In this document: positions 1-9,398 of the stretch, piece after piece
Position numbering within the stretch: position 1 is the first letter of the stretch
Layout: each line of letters begins with the position of its first letter
DNA from: a virus
Lineage: Duplodnaviria; Heunggongvirae; Uroviricota; Caudoviricetes
Reading direction: 5' to 3' (one strand)
Length of the DNA stretch: 53,576 nt
IMG/VR virus record: IMGVR_UViG_3300028048_001599
Program-made: the position numbers and the translations under genes
The notes under the pieces: generated by a model
Seen by the model: the letters and a program-made list of their open reading frames with translations, nothing else
Databases searched by the model: none
Told to the model about the DNA's origin: nothing

Positions 1-1
1 T

Positions 2-214
2 AAGCTTGGTGAGGGTGGGTATCCTTATACATCAAAAGATGGAACGCCGTTTTCTTATTATAATGGATATAAAACTGAACAAAATGCTAGAACAGTAATA
101 GAAGTAATAAATAATCATTTTAAAAATGATTTCCCTACTCTAATTATAGAAAAATGGGAAATTTGGCTTGATAAAAATGAAAACATTAATACAAACCATA
201 TAATTATAGAATAG
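2..214 (+). CDS. Hypothetical protein, 5'-truncated by window edge
   Basis: Open frame from base 2 (KLGEGGYPY...NHIIIE) to TAG at 212-214; not in ORF track. Confidence 0.6.
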   Translation, partial: KLGEGGYPYTSKDGTPFSYYNGYKTEQNARTVIEVINNHFKNDFPTLIIEKWEIWLDKNENINTNHIIIE

Positions 215-263
215 GGTGATATTAAAATGATGGCAGAGAATTAAAATAAAAGGAGGCCTTAAT

Positions 264-1475
264 ATGATAGATTACACACCTAAATACTTAGTAATGGTAA
301 CAGCTGATAACCACAATAAGTATTATAAGATGACACCACAGGGTGATTCCTGGTTAGCCGAGTGGGGTAGAATAGGCGCAAAGGCACAGTCATCAGTTTA
401 TCCGAGGTCTAAATTTGAATCTAAGTACCGTGAAAAGGTAGCAAAGGGTTATGTAGACCAAACATCACTTGCTCAGGATTTGATACAGGTACAAATCAAG
501 CAAAACGATAATCAGAGGTATAAGGACATTGAGAATAGGGTCATCGCTGATATAGTAAATAGACTTCAGTTAATGGCAAAACAAGCTATTGATGCAAACT
601 ATACAATTCAGTCTAATGCTGTTACAAAGGCAATGATTGATGCGGCACAGTCGATTATTACTAACTTGATGCATATAGATGACCTGTATGCATTTAATCG
701 TGAACTTTTGAAATTGTTTAATACCATTCCACGAAAAATGAATAAGGTTTCTGACTTCATAGCAAATTCAAGGGAAGATTTCAAAGGTATTATAAAAAGA
801 GAGCAGGACTTGCTTGATGTAATGAGAGGTCAGGTTGTTCAGAATGTTGCTGTTGCTTCTCCGCAGGTGCAAACAGGTAATCAGACAATACTTGAAAAAC
901 TTGGTCTGGAGTTTGAACCTTGTACTCCTGATGATATTGCAACGATTAGGGCAACACTTGGTAATTGTAGAGCTAAACTCAAAAATGCTTGGAAGGTTAC
1001 CAATAAGAGGACACAGGCTCGATTTGATGCCTACTGTAAAGAAAATCGTGTCAGGGGTAAAAAGTTATTGTTCCACGGTTCAAGAAATGAGAACTGGTGG
1101 TCAATTATAAATACCGGATTAGTACTCAGACCTACAAATGCTGTAATCACTGGTAAAATGTTTGGATACGGTCTATATTTTGCACCATTGGCACAGAAGT
1201 CATTGGGATACACGTCACTTCAAGGTAGTTACTGGGCAGGTGGTCACTCATCAAGTGGTTTTATGGCACTTATGAATGTCGCTACTGGTACTGCTTATAA
1301 TGTTTATTCATTCGATAGTAAGTATTATAATTTTAATTATAATGCACTTCAAAAGGCACAGCAAGGTGCAAGTTGTTTACATGCACACGCTGGAAAAATG
1401 CTTCGTAACGATGAAATTGTAGTATACAAAGAGGAACAGTGTACTATCAAGTACCTAATAGAACTTACGAACTAA
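264..1475 (+). CDS. PARP-like ADP-ribosyltransferase (WGR + regulatory helical + catalytic domain)
   Basis: N-terminal NHNKYY...WGRIG (WGR); catalytic LLFHGS, GYGLYFA, NDEIVVY = H-Y-E triad; RBS AGGAGG. Confidence 0.9.
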   Translation: MIDYTPKYLVMVTADNHNKYYKMTPQGDSWLAEWGRIGAKAQSSVYPRSKFESKYREKVAKGYVDQTSLAQDLIQVQIKQNDNQRYKDIENRVIADIVNRLQLMAKQAIDANYTIQSNAVTKAMIDAAQSIITNLMHIDDLYAFNRELLKLFNTIPRKMNKVSDFIANSREDFKGIIKREQDLLDVMRGQVVQNVAVASPQVQTGNQTILEKLGLEFEPCTPDDIATIRATLGNCRAKLKNAWKVTNKRTQARFDAYCKENRVRGKKLLFHGSRNENWWSIINTGLVLRPTNAVITGKMFGYGLYFAPLAQKSLGYTSLQGSYWAGGHSSSGFMALMNVATGTAYNVYSFDSKYYNFNYNALQKAQQGASCLHAHAGKMLRNDEIVVYKEEQCTIKYLIELTN

Positions 1476-1509
1476 GATGGATACTTATAATAGTTAATGA
1501 GGTGATTAA

Positions 1510-2247
1510 GTGTTAAATGTAAACAATATTAAGGTAATGAATTTAGAGGGAGCACTCAGGGGTATGCGAAATCCGATGAATAGTTGGGATAAGAGCGACA
1601 GTCGTAAATGTCTTGACTACCCTGTTTCAGAATGCTACGCATGTAGTAAGCAGCACATGTGTATAGACGGTTACATTGTTGGTGCTGCTGACTTTGAGTT
1701 AGCAAGAAAACTATGCAAAGCTGGTTCTGACCATCGTAAATTTATGCGTCAAATTCTTGTAAGTATGGATATTACCGCTCCACTCTACTGGTGGAAGGAA
1801 TTTGACACATACAAGGTAGGTACTGTTGCTAACTCAACAAGTACAATGCATAAGATAACGTCAAAAGAGTTTGTACTTGAAGATTTTAGTTGTGACCACT
1901 TGGTATATGACTCAACAGTCGTTCTAAAAGGGGTAATTGACTCACTGAATAGGTGGCGTGACATCTACATAAATGGTGGACAGGCACAGGTCGATGAAAA
2001 TGACACAGCAGTTTATATCTTTGAACCTAAGGATGAAAATGTGTGGTGGCAATTAATTCAGTTGTTACCTTCTTCATACAATCAGACACGAACTGTATCA
2101 TTGAATTACGAGGTTTTATGTAATATCTACAATGCACGAAGATGTCATAAATTGACAGAATGGCGTAAACTATGTAAAACAATTGAGGATTTGCCATTGT
2201 CCGAACTAATAACTAATAAATTTGAATATATTGACGGGGGAGAATAA
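1510..2247 (+). CDS. thyX: ThyX/Thy1-like flavin-dependent thymidylate synthase homologue, degenerate motif
   Basis: GSDHRKFMRQI..DITAPLYWWKEFDTYKVGTVANSTSTMHK pattern of phage Thy1-like proteins; canonical RHR absent. Confidence 0.65.
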   Translation: MLNVNNIKVMNLEGALRGMRNPMNSWDKSDSRKCLDYPVSECYACSKQHMCIDGYIVGAADFELARKLCKAGSDHRKFMRQILVSMDITAPLYWWKEFDTYKVGTVANSTSTMHKITSKEFVLEDFSCDHLVYDSTVVLKGVIDSLNRWRDIYINGGQAQVDENDTAVYIFEPKDENVWWQLIQLLPSSYNQTRTVSLNYEVLCNIYNARRCHKLTEWRKLCKTIEDLPLSELITNKFEYIDGGE

Positions 2248-2248
2248 T

Positions 2249-3328
2249 ATGAATAAATTAAGCTATGATGAAATACTTGGTGATATTTTGAACTTTGATA
2301 CTGGACATGAAAATATATGTGAACGTATACATGATAAGATATTCTTTCCGACTTCATGGGAAGTTGACGAGGATATGTTAATTGATACCGATATTAAAAC
2401 AATGGAACAAGTACAGAAGGCTGTAAACGAGGTCGTCTTAACAATATTTTTCAGGGAACTTTTGATAAATGTAACAGGTTTTTCAGTTAAGGATGCATCG
2501 GTTACTGCAAGAAAATTGGTATCGTCAATAAAGAATAGGGGTATTATAACTCAAGCAAACCAAATTTTATACGCTTATTCCAACATTAGCGATTTTTCTT
2601 ATATATTGAACAATTCGTTATATTTGGATTCTTCACTTGAAAATGTACTAAATCACACATATGATATAGTAAAAGACATGAAAATGAATTATTCAGGTAT
2701 TACAGCCGAAGTAATTCAGGAAGCTTGTGATGAATGTACAGAAATTCCTGAAAACCCAGACATTATTTCTGTCAATCTTCTCTATTACAATATTCGCATG
2801 GTATTTGTAGAGTTGGTTAATGCTGTGTTCCAGGTACTTCGGGTTTCTTATCGTAAAAAACCCATTTGTCAGATAGAGTATAAGATTGAGAATATACTTG
2901 CAGAGTTTGGTTTAACAAGATATAAAGATATTATTATCGACAAGGATTTTTATGAGAAGAACCTTGATAATATAAATCAGTGTAACCTTGATGATGCTTG
3001 GTGTGCTGATATTACCATAGATAATATTTCAGCATTGCTTGACTGTGTTATTCTTAAAAGTAACTTCCCGACCGCATATTCTATGGTACAGTTTGGATTA
3101 GATTACGAGTTTGCATATGAATACTGTCATATAGAAGACGGTAGAAAAAGAGATTCCGCAGGTTTCATATATGCAATAGTGGACACTATTGAGGATTGTA
3201 TGCTTACTAATAGGTCTTGTTTACCTTTTTCATCTGAAAATTTAGTAAGTCCCCCAGATAGAGTACCATTGGAAGAGATGGGTATATTTGGTTTTGATGA
3301 AGACATCGCCAAATGTGATGATAAGTAA
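2249..3328 (+). CDS. Hypothetical protein
   Basis: Long ORF; start moved to ATG 2249 after GGGGGAG RBS. Confidence 0.75.
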   Translation: MNKLSYDEILGDILNFDTGHENICERIHDKIFFPTSWEVDEDMLIDTDIKTMEQVQKAVNEVVLTIFFRELLINVTGFSVKDASVTARKLVSSIKNRGIITQANQILYAYSNISDFSYILNNSLYLDSSLENVLNHTYDIVKDMKMNYSGITAEVIQEACDECTEIPENPDIISVNLLYYNIRMVFVELVNAVFQVLRVSYRKKPICQIEYKIENILAEFGLTRYKDIIIDKDFYEKNLDNINQCNLDDAWCADITIDNISALLDCVILKSNFPTAYSMVQFGLDYEFAYEYCHIEDGRKRDSAGFIYAIVDTIEDCMLTNRSCLPFSSENLVSPPDRVPLEEMGIFGFDEDIAKCDDK

Positions 3329-3420
3329 TAAAAATAAGGTGTCAATACAATAATTTTGATACTTTATTATAGTATGAAATAGTAGGTTATCCTATAATAA
3401 AATAGATTGGCGATGGTATT

Positions 3421-3684
3421 ATGACAACTTTTAATTCAGCGGAACTGTGTAGGAATGGTCGTATCACAATGATTGTTGCAACGTCATCGAGTCCAATAGG
3501 GGGTACTCCAGAGGACGACATCAAAACAGCTTATGCAATATTCAGTGAGTTTGACAATGAGAAGCCAGACATCAAAGAAAATGTATTAACTCAAATGTTC
3601 GACCTTTTAACATTTAAAGTTTCGGGTAACAAGGTTTTCATAATGTATCAAATGAAGAAAGATGATGATACAAATGAAGTTTAG
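3421..3684 (+). CDS. Hypothetical protein
   Basis: 87-aa ORF in gene order, overlapping next gene. Confidence 0.65.
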   Translation: MTTFNSAELCRNGRITMIVATSSSPIGGTPEDDIKTAYAIFSEFDNEKPDIKENVLTQMFDLLTFKVSGNKVFIMYQMKKDDDTNEV

Positions 3685-4066
3685 TGCGGACAAAGCATAC
3701 GAATATCAATCATTGTACGGTAAACAGATGTTGTATTTCAGTATGGGTATCTACAATCACGATAAATCATTAGCACTCATGGCATCCACATTCAATGACC
3801 TATATCAGCTTGACGAGCCTTATGGTTATATCACTGTATGTCTTGGATGTGAACACAAACGTGGAAGGGCTTTTGTAGATATAAATAATTTACCAGGTAT
3901 TGATAAGGTTCTTGAGCATTATGGTATAGCAAAACCAACAGGGGTAAAGAAGGCATCTGGATTTGTTGTATATCCCGAATATACATTTTCCGAAACATTT
4001 TTAAGAACAATATCACCCGATGTTTATAAGGAATACTTGAATGTAAATCATTGGACTATAAAATGA
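3662..4066 (+). CDS. DUF4313-like protein
   Basis: GYITVCLG..AFVDINN..GIAKPTG..SGFVVYPEYTF resembles DUF4313 from memory; start may be 3674. Confidence 0.6.
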   Translation: MMIQMKFSADKAYEYQSLYGKQMLYFSMGIYNHDKSLALMASTFNDLYQLDEPYGYITVCLGCEHKRGRAFVDINNLPGIDKVLEHYGIAKPTGVKKASGFVVYPEYTFSETFLRTISPDVYKEYLNVNHWTIK

Positions 4067-4101
4067 CAAAAATGTAGATTCATATGAACCTACATTTTTG
4101 T
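4066..4101. terminator. Bidirectional intrinsic terminator between convergent genes
   Basis: ACAAAAATGTAG / CTACATTTTTGT 12-bp inverted repeat. Confidence 0.75.
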
Positions 4102-4130
4102 TGTTGAATATTTTCTATTGTTTGTAACAA

Positions 4131-4805
4131 TTAGAGTGTATCGAAGTATTCAGTAAAATCTTCATACATTCTGTAAAAGTCTTTTATACCAAAGTAGGTA
4201 TTGATTGCATAAAGTGTAGCACTATGTTCATGAGATGCAAGTACAATTGATGGAAATTCATCTTTGTTACATACTCCGATTTCGTTCATATACTCGTGTG
4301 TATTCTGTATTTCAATATTGTCACAAGACAGTGATGGAAACCAATGATTTATCAGTGATACATTGTGTACGTCACTTGTGTTGTAGTCAAGAATAGGGGT
4401 AGTACTTACGGTAGATGGGTTGCAATGATATCTGAAAGTTAGTGGTGAGGTAAATTCAGGTATTGACTTGAATATTTCAAGAATTGTCGTCGATTTAGCA
4501 CTCTGGTCACTTTTCCAATAATCTTTCGTACTGTCAGTCATCGGAAGTTCATCACAGTGTTCTTTTATATACTCACATACTTTAATGTAGAGGTTGATAA
4601 ATATAAGACTTTTTCCACTGTATACTTCCAACATTACGTTTCCATTGTCGTACACAAGTTCAAAGAATTGTTTATCATTTTCCAGTTTGGTGACGGTGTT
4701 TGTACTTACAATTGTCTTGACAATATCGAGGTTATTACACTCGGATTCATCAAATGTTTTAAGTACTTTGACTTCGGGTTTAAAGGTTTTGATAATGATT
4801 GACAT
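4131..4805 (-). CDS. Hypothetical protein (only substantial minus-strand gene)
   Basis: The track labels it +, but the translation matches the reverse complement (ends EYFDTL-TAA at 4131); minus-strand AAGGAGG RBS before ATG at 4805. Confidence 0.85.
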   Translation of the reverse strand: MSIIIKTFKPEVKVLKTFDESECNNLDIVKTIVSTNTVTKLENDKQFFELVYDNGNVMLEVYSGKSLIFINLYIKVCEYIKEHCDELPMTDSTKDYWKSDQSAKSTTILEIFKSIPEFTSPLTFRYHCNPSTVSTTPILDYNTSDVHNVSLINHWFPSLSCDNIEIQNTHEYMNEIGVCNKDEFPSIVLASHEHSATLYAINTYFGIKDFYRMYEDFTEYFDTL

Positions 4806-4837
4806 ATGGATTGCCTCCTTAAATTTAGTATATATTA

Positions 4838-4866
4838 AGTATATCAAAATACAGGGAATTTGTCAA
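4838..4866 (-). promoter_or_regulatory. SigA-type promoter for the minus-strand gene
   Basis: Minus strand TTGACA-17 bp-TATACT with extended -10 TG. Confidence 0.8.
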
Positions 4867-4908
4867 TAGAAATTTTAAGAAATTATTGAAAAAAATTGTA
4901 ACATAGTA

Positions 4909-4937
4909 TTGACAAAATAAGAATTTTATGTTATAAT
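4909..4937 (+). promoter_or_regulatory. SigA-type early promoter (divergent partner)
   Basis: TTGACA-17 bp-TATAAT with TG extension. Confidence 0.85.
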
Positions 4938-5003
4938 AGATATAAATAATTTATAGGGTACGACCGTCTTGTTAATGGTTGTTCTGAAATGGAGGTATTA
5001 TAA

Positions 5004-5219
5004 ATGTTTAGTTATCAGGAAATAGACTTGATGTTAAGAAGTTGTGAATTCACTTGTCCATGTTCAGGTACAAACAACAGTGGTGAAACACTGGTATTTG
5101 AAAGGGGTAGGGACACTGAGGGTGAATGGATTGAAGTACAGACATTTCAGCGTAAGAACTGGATTCGCAAGAACAGGTTTTATAAGTCAGGTGTAATCAC
5201 TGAGGAGTTTGAAAGATAG
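5004..5219 (+). CDS. Hypothetical protein
   Basis: GGAGG RBS, directly after promoter. Confidence 0.75.
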   Translation: MFSYQEIDLMLRSCEFTCPCSGTNNSGETLVFERGRDTEGEWIEVQTFQRKNWIRKNRFYKSGVITEEFER

Positions 5220-5299
5220 TTACGTAAAAATTTGAGAAGTCATCTTACAAATTGTTAGATGACATTTTAACAAGTCAGGTAACATATTTAAGGAATAGT

Positions 5300-5328
5300 T
5301 TGACTATACTGATAATTCGTGGTACGAT
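5300..5328 (+). promoter_or_regulatory. Probable SigA-type promoter
   Basis: TTGACT-17 bp-TACGAT with TG extension. Confidence 0.55.
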
Positions 5329-5364
5329 TACTATTTCAATAATTACAGATAAGGAGAACAAGTT

Positions 5365-5784
5365 ATGTATTCGTACAGTATAAATGGGGTAAAGCACTTT
5401 GTCAAATTTAATGTGACACATTATGCTGCTGACAGTTCATTATATATAAGTTACTCCAAAATAAATGATGGTGGTTCTTATTCAGAGCCTGTTGACTTAA
5501 CATTTTGGACTATACATGCAAGTATTCTTGAACCGCTCGAATTAAATCATGTGTTAATTGATAAGGAATCACACTCACATTTGGTAACAGCACTTGAAAA
5601 AAGTGGGGCAATCTATGCAACAGGAAGGAAAATAATTGACCGTTTTGATTATTTTCTGACACTGTATGAGTATGTATTTGTTGGTTCTTTTCTAACGGTT
5701 CAGGATAGTAGTGGTTATATGTCATACCTACGAAAATATGTTCAGACTCAAAAAGTGATACAATCATTGGAGGGCGTGAAATGA
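5365..5784 (+). CDS. Hypothetical protein, possibly divergent DUF4313-like paralogue
   Basis: AAGGAG RBS; loose similarity to 3662..4066. Confidence 0.65.
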   Translation: MYSYSINGVKHFVKFNVTHYAADSSLYISYSKINDGGSYSEPVDLTFWTIHASILEPLELNHVLIDKESHSHLVTALEKSGAIYATGRKIIDRFDYFLTLYEYVFVGSFLTVQDSSGYMSYLRKYVQTQKVIQSLEGVK

Positions 5785-6251
5785 GTTACACAGTCGATAT
5801 GTCAGGTCACATCACTTTTTCTGAAAATACCAATATGGAGTCGGTGTGTGAAACAATATTTAACTCATACAGTGTAGGTTTTTACCATGATGAAACCATC
5901 TATGGTAAATATTATATAGATATCGACAGTGAATGTATTACATACAGAGGTGATGCATTTCGTACCTTATTAATGACTTTATGTTCAAATTATAGCATTG
6001 AACATGGTATAATAGAGGTTGCCGACAGTGAGAAATCATGGTTGTTTGAATACAGTAAGTCAAATAACACTTGGGTTGTAAAAATAATGCGGAAGGTAAA
6101 ATCAGGGGTACTAATGCGAAATGGTACATCACAGTGTTGTGGCAATTGTGGTTTTATCTTAAATGATAGCGTCAATTATTGTTCAAACTGTGGTTCGGTA
6201 ATAAAACTGACTGACGCTGAGATAGACTTAATAAATCGTGAATCACTGTGA
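5781..6251 (+). CDS. Hypothetical protein with C-terminal zinc ribbon
   Basis: CGNCG...CSNCG. Confidence 0.7.
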   Translation: MSYTVDMSGHITFSENTNMESVCETIFNSYSVGFYHDETIYGKYYIDIDSECITYRGDAFRTLLMTLCSNYSIEHGIIEVADSEKSWLFEYSKSNNTWVVKIMRKVKSGVLMRNGTSQCCGNCGFILNDSVNYCSNCGSVIKLTDAEIDLINRESL

Positions 6252-6317
6252 ATGACTAACGTATTATTTAGTCTGTTGTTGATGGCGAAGGAACTGTTAT
6301 AATAAGGAGGACACAAA

Positions 6318-6899
6318 ATGGTGGTAAAAAACATGAATAACATGGGGGTATCTTCAGGTATTGTTGCTGACATTGATTTAATAGATATGCTAAAAGGCGG
6401 ATTAGTTCAAAACATAAGTTGGTCAACACTTTATCAGAATAATCAAATACAGCCTGCAAGTTTGGATGTACGTCTTGGAAACACATTTGCCATCGTTGAG
6501 GACTCTCATAATAACATAATTACAATGACGAATGAAATCAAGTATACAACAATTACGACAGACAAGTATATTCTGATGCCAGGTCAGTTTGTTCTTGCAA
6601 CCACGATGGAATACTTCAAACTTCCTAACAATATCACAGCATTTGTAGAGGGTCGTTCGTCACTTGGAAGAATGGGGTTATTCATACAAAATGCAGGATG
6701 GGTCGACCCTGGATTTGAGGGGGAGATCACTCTTGAACTTTTTAATGCTAACCGTTGTGCTATTGAGTTACAGGCAGGTCGTAGAGTAGGACAGATGGTA
6801 TTTGCAACAATGACAAACACACCTTGCAGTGCATACAATGGTAAATATCAAGGACAGAGTGGAGCGACAGGTTCACAGGTATACAAGGATAAAGATTGA
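6318..6899 (+). CDS. dcd: dCTP deaminase
   Basis: [46 protein letters not shown]. Confidence 0.92.
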   Translation: MVVKNMNNMGVSSGIVADIDLIDMLKGGLVQNISWSTLYQNNQIQPASLDVRLGNTFAIVEDSHNNIITMTNEIKYTTITTDKYILMPGQFVLATTMEYFKLPNNITAFVEGRSSLGRMGLFIQNAGWVDPGFEGEITLELFNANRCAIELQAGRRVGQMVFATMTNTPCSAYNGKYQGQSGATGSQVYKDKD

Positions 6900-7009
6900 G
6901 GTGATTATACTGTAGATTGATAGATAAGACAACTTTTAGAAGTAATAATACATCAGGAAGAGATGTATATAATTGCAATAGCATAAAAAAGCTTTAAGGG
7001 GGTAATAAC

Positions 7010-7855
7010 ATGTCTGTAAGAGTATATACAGATATAGTTGAGTGTTACATCGAAAACAATAAATATGGATCACTTGGTTGGATTCCTGTAGCACCATTAC
7101 CAAATATAGACTTCGGTTCAAAAGTAACAATGGTAGCATTGAAGTACTTTGATTACATGAATAATGAAGTCATATCAGGGGGTACTGAGGAACTCAGTAT
7201 GGAACGTATAAAATCCAAAAATCTTACAAGTTATGCATTTATAGTATATAGTGATAGATTTGAGGTTGGTCGTATAAGTTTCATATGTGCTAAGCGAGAT
7301 TATGACGTAGTTTTAAATATGTTTAAACGTCAGTATATGCGCTATCCTAACGTAAGTTTCAAGGGCATTGTTTGTGAATCAGTATACACAAGCATGAATG
7401 ATAGTATCAATTTAGCTATTAGAAACAGTTGTAGTAGTTCACGTAAGGTAAGAATATACACTGAGGTTGCAGAATATTATGTAGAGAACAAGTCAAGACG
7501 TTCACATGGTTGGATAGCTCCACATAATATAAATGCTCTAAGACCGGGGGATGAAATCACTGCACTCTCATTGACTTATCGTGAGTTTGTAGATAATAAT
7601 ATGGTATCTGTTGGTGAAGAAGACCTGACTGTGGATGTTCTTAAAACTTCAAACATTATAAAATACATATATTCAGTATGTGACGGTGATAGAGAAATTG
7701 ACCGTATAAGTTTTGTATGTCACAAGGAAGACTTTGGTGCTGCATTGAAGATGTATAAAGCACCTTATCAAAAGTATATGAGTGTTACATTTCGACCGTT
7801 GCGTAAAACAAACATAGCAAGGCATCTTGGTAAAACTCTTGCAAGTATAGAATAG
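7010..7855 (+). CDS. Hypothetical protein made of two tandem ~140-aa homologous domains
   Basis: VRVYTDIVECYIEN...GRISFIC vs VRIYTEVAEYYVEN...DRISFVC. Confidence 0.75.
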   Translation: MSVRVYTDIVECYIENNKYGSLGWIPVAPLPNIDFGSKVTMVALKYFDYMNNEVISGGTEELSMERIKSKNLTSYAFIVYSDRFEVGRISFICAKRDYDVVLNMFKRQYMRYPNVSFKGIVCESVYTSMNDSINLAIRNSCSSSRKVRIYTEVAEYYVENKSRRSHGWIAPHNINALRPGDEITALSLTYREFVDNNMVSVGEEDLTVDVLKTSNIIKYIYSVCDGDREIDRISFVCHKEDFGAALKMYKAPYQKYMSVTFRPLRKTNIARHLGKTLASIE

Positions 7856-7868
7856 GGGTAAAGCTAAC

Positions 7869-8450
7869 ATGGAATTTTACAATGAATTTACATTTACATT
7901 CAAATCAAAAGAAGAATCGGAGAAAGCTATTGATATTATAAAGACAGCAATAGAAAATAGTCCGAAGTATGACTTTGACAAATCTTATGCACAGGACTTC
8001 AGGAAGGATATGGTAGACAATCTTTATCTCTACAATCAGGAAATGGAGTTCTACTTGGAAATAAACATTTACAATGTTATTCTAAGTCGTAAGTGTTACT
8101 TGACAGCAAGTGACGCACTTGAGTTTTTCACTGACCTGTTGAAAAATATAGGCGATACAGTAGGTGATTACAAATTCTCAGTATCAAATAATGACACATA
8201 TGAGGATTCGTATATCGAAGCACAGAAAGAAAATGGGGTACTTACAATTGACACTGTATCCTACCCTGAGGGGTACTGTGATTCTGCTGAATGTGAGGAA
8301 TGTTCTTTTGAAGTCACTGACAGGGCTGAATGGGACGGTTCACCTGTTGCAATATGTCCTGTGTGTGGAACTGAGATAAACCTCAAAGAAATATTTGAAG
8401 TCGAGGAGAAAAATACTCACTTGAAGATTGTTTTAAATGACATGAAATGA
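7869..8450 (+). CDS. Hypothetical protein with zinc ribbon
   Basis: CEECS...CPVCG near C-terminus. Confidence 0.7.
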   Translation: MEFYNEFTFTFKSKEESEKAIDIIKTAIENSPKYDFDKSYAQDFRKDMVDNLYLYNQEMEFYLEINIYNVILSRKCYLTASDALEFFTDLLKNIGDTVGDYKFSVSNNDTYEDSYIEAQKENGVLTIDTVSYPEGYCDSAECEECSFEVTDRAEWDGSPVAICPVCGTEINLKEIFEVEEKNTHLKIVLNDMK

Positions 8451-8459
8451 GATGATGTA

Positions 8460-9263
8460 ATGAGCATATACGTTGTAAAACATAATGGTGACTTCATAGT
8501 CACCGATTCTGCAATGCGAGTTGACGGTGAGAAGTTAATATACCGAAGTGATAGAGAACTATATTCAATGGAGTTTTCATTGAATCCATATGCTGAGGTT
8601 TACACACCAGGTAATGGTCAAAAAGTTGCTGAATATTTCAAGAAAGGTAATGATACGTTAATTATACAGTATCAAAATAGCGGCGACTTTCGACAGTTGC
8701 TAAATAACAGGAATAGGGGTAAATATTTTTCCGAGCACTTATTTTCTGATTGGACTTGTGTAGAATTTGGTATATCTGCAAGCAAATTTTCTGACTTAAT
8801 GGATATATGTCTTAACCACAATCAGTCAGTGCTCTTAGATATGATAACTTACAATAGAGGTGTTATTCACTTCGAGCGTTATTATAATGGTTCACTGTTT
8901 TGTGTAGCAACCGTAGATATAATCAGGGGTTGGGTTGTTGAAATAAGGACTTTTGATATTTCTGCTGACGATATAAGCGAGGTTTATAAGTTTTTTGGTA
9001 GTTGTAAACACACTGGAAACGTTCATTCAGTTGTATTTCTCAATGGTAACCGTATCATATTTGATAACAAAGCAGAAATGCTTGATATGACACATAAATG
9101 GTATTTTTACGAATGTATTAAAGGATCAAATAGGGGTAGGCTATTTAATGACATCAACAATATCCCTAAAGGTACATCATTGAAAAAGTATAAGTTACAT
9201 CGTGATTACAACCGTTATTATGTCGAGCCTACATGTGATATAGTAACAACCCTCAATTCTTAA
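8460..9263 (+). CDS. Hypothetical protein
   Basis: 267-aa ORF in operon context. Confidence 0.7.
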   Translation: MSIYVVKHNGDFIVTDSAMRVDGEKLIYRSDRELYSMEFSLNPYAEVYTPGNGQKVAEYFKKGNDTLIIQYQNSGDFRQLLNNRNRGKYFSEHLFSDWTCVEFGISASKFSDLMDICLNHNQSVLLDMITYNRGVIHFERYYNGSLFCVATVDIIRGWVVEIRTFDISADDISEVYKFFGSCKHTGNVHSVVFLNGNRIIFDNKAEMLDMTHKWYFYECIKGSNRGRLFNDINNIPKGTSLKKYKLHRDYNRYYVEPTCDIVTTLNS

Positions 9264-9341
9264 AATGGGTATTACTTATATAAATGATAGACGCAATAGT
9301 TCATGGTTTTTCTCCAATGACAGTTTATAGATATAATGGTT

Positions 9342-9398
9342 GTGATATAATATACTTACAATAAAGGAGTGATATAATATGCTTACAATAAAGGAGTG
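9342..9398 (+). repeat. 27-bp tandem duplication containing extended -10 and RBS
   Basis: GTGATATAATAT(A/G)CTTACAATAAAGGA x2, one mismatch. Confidence 0.9.

Noticed and set aside
4131-4847. ORF-track label of + strand
   Set aside because: The listed protein is the reverse-complement translation; treated as minus strand with start 4805
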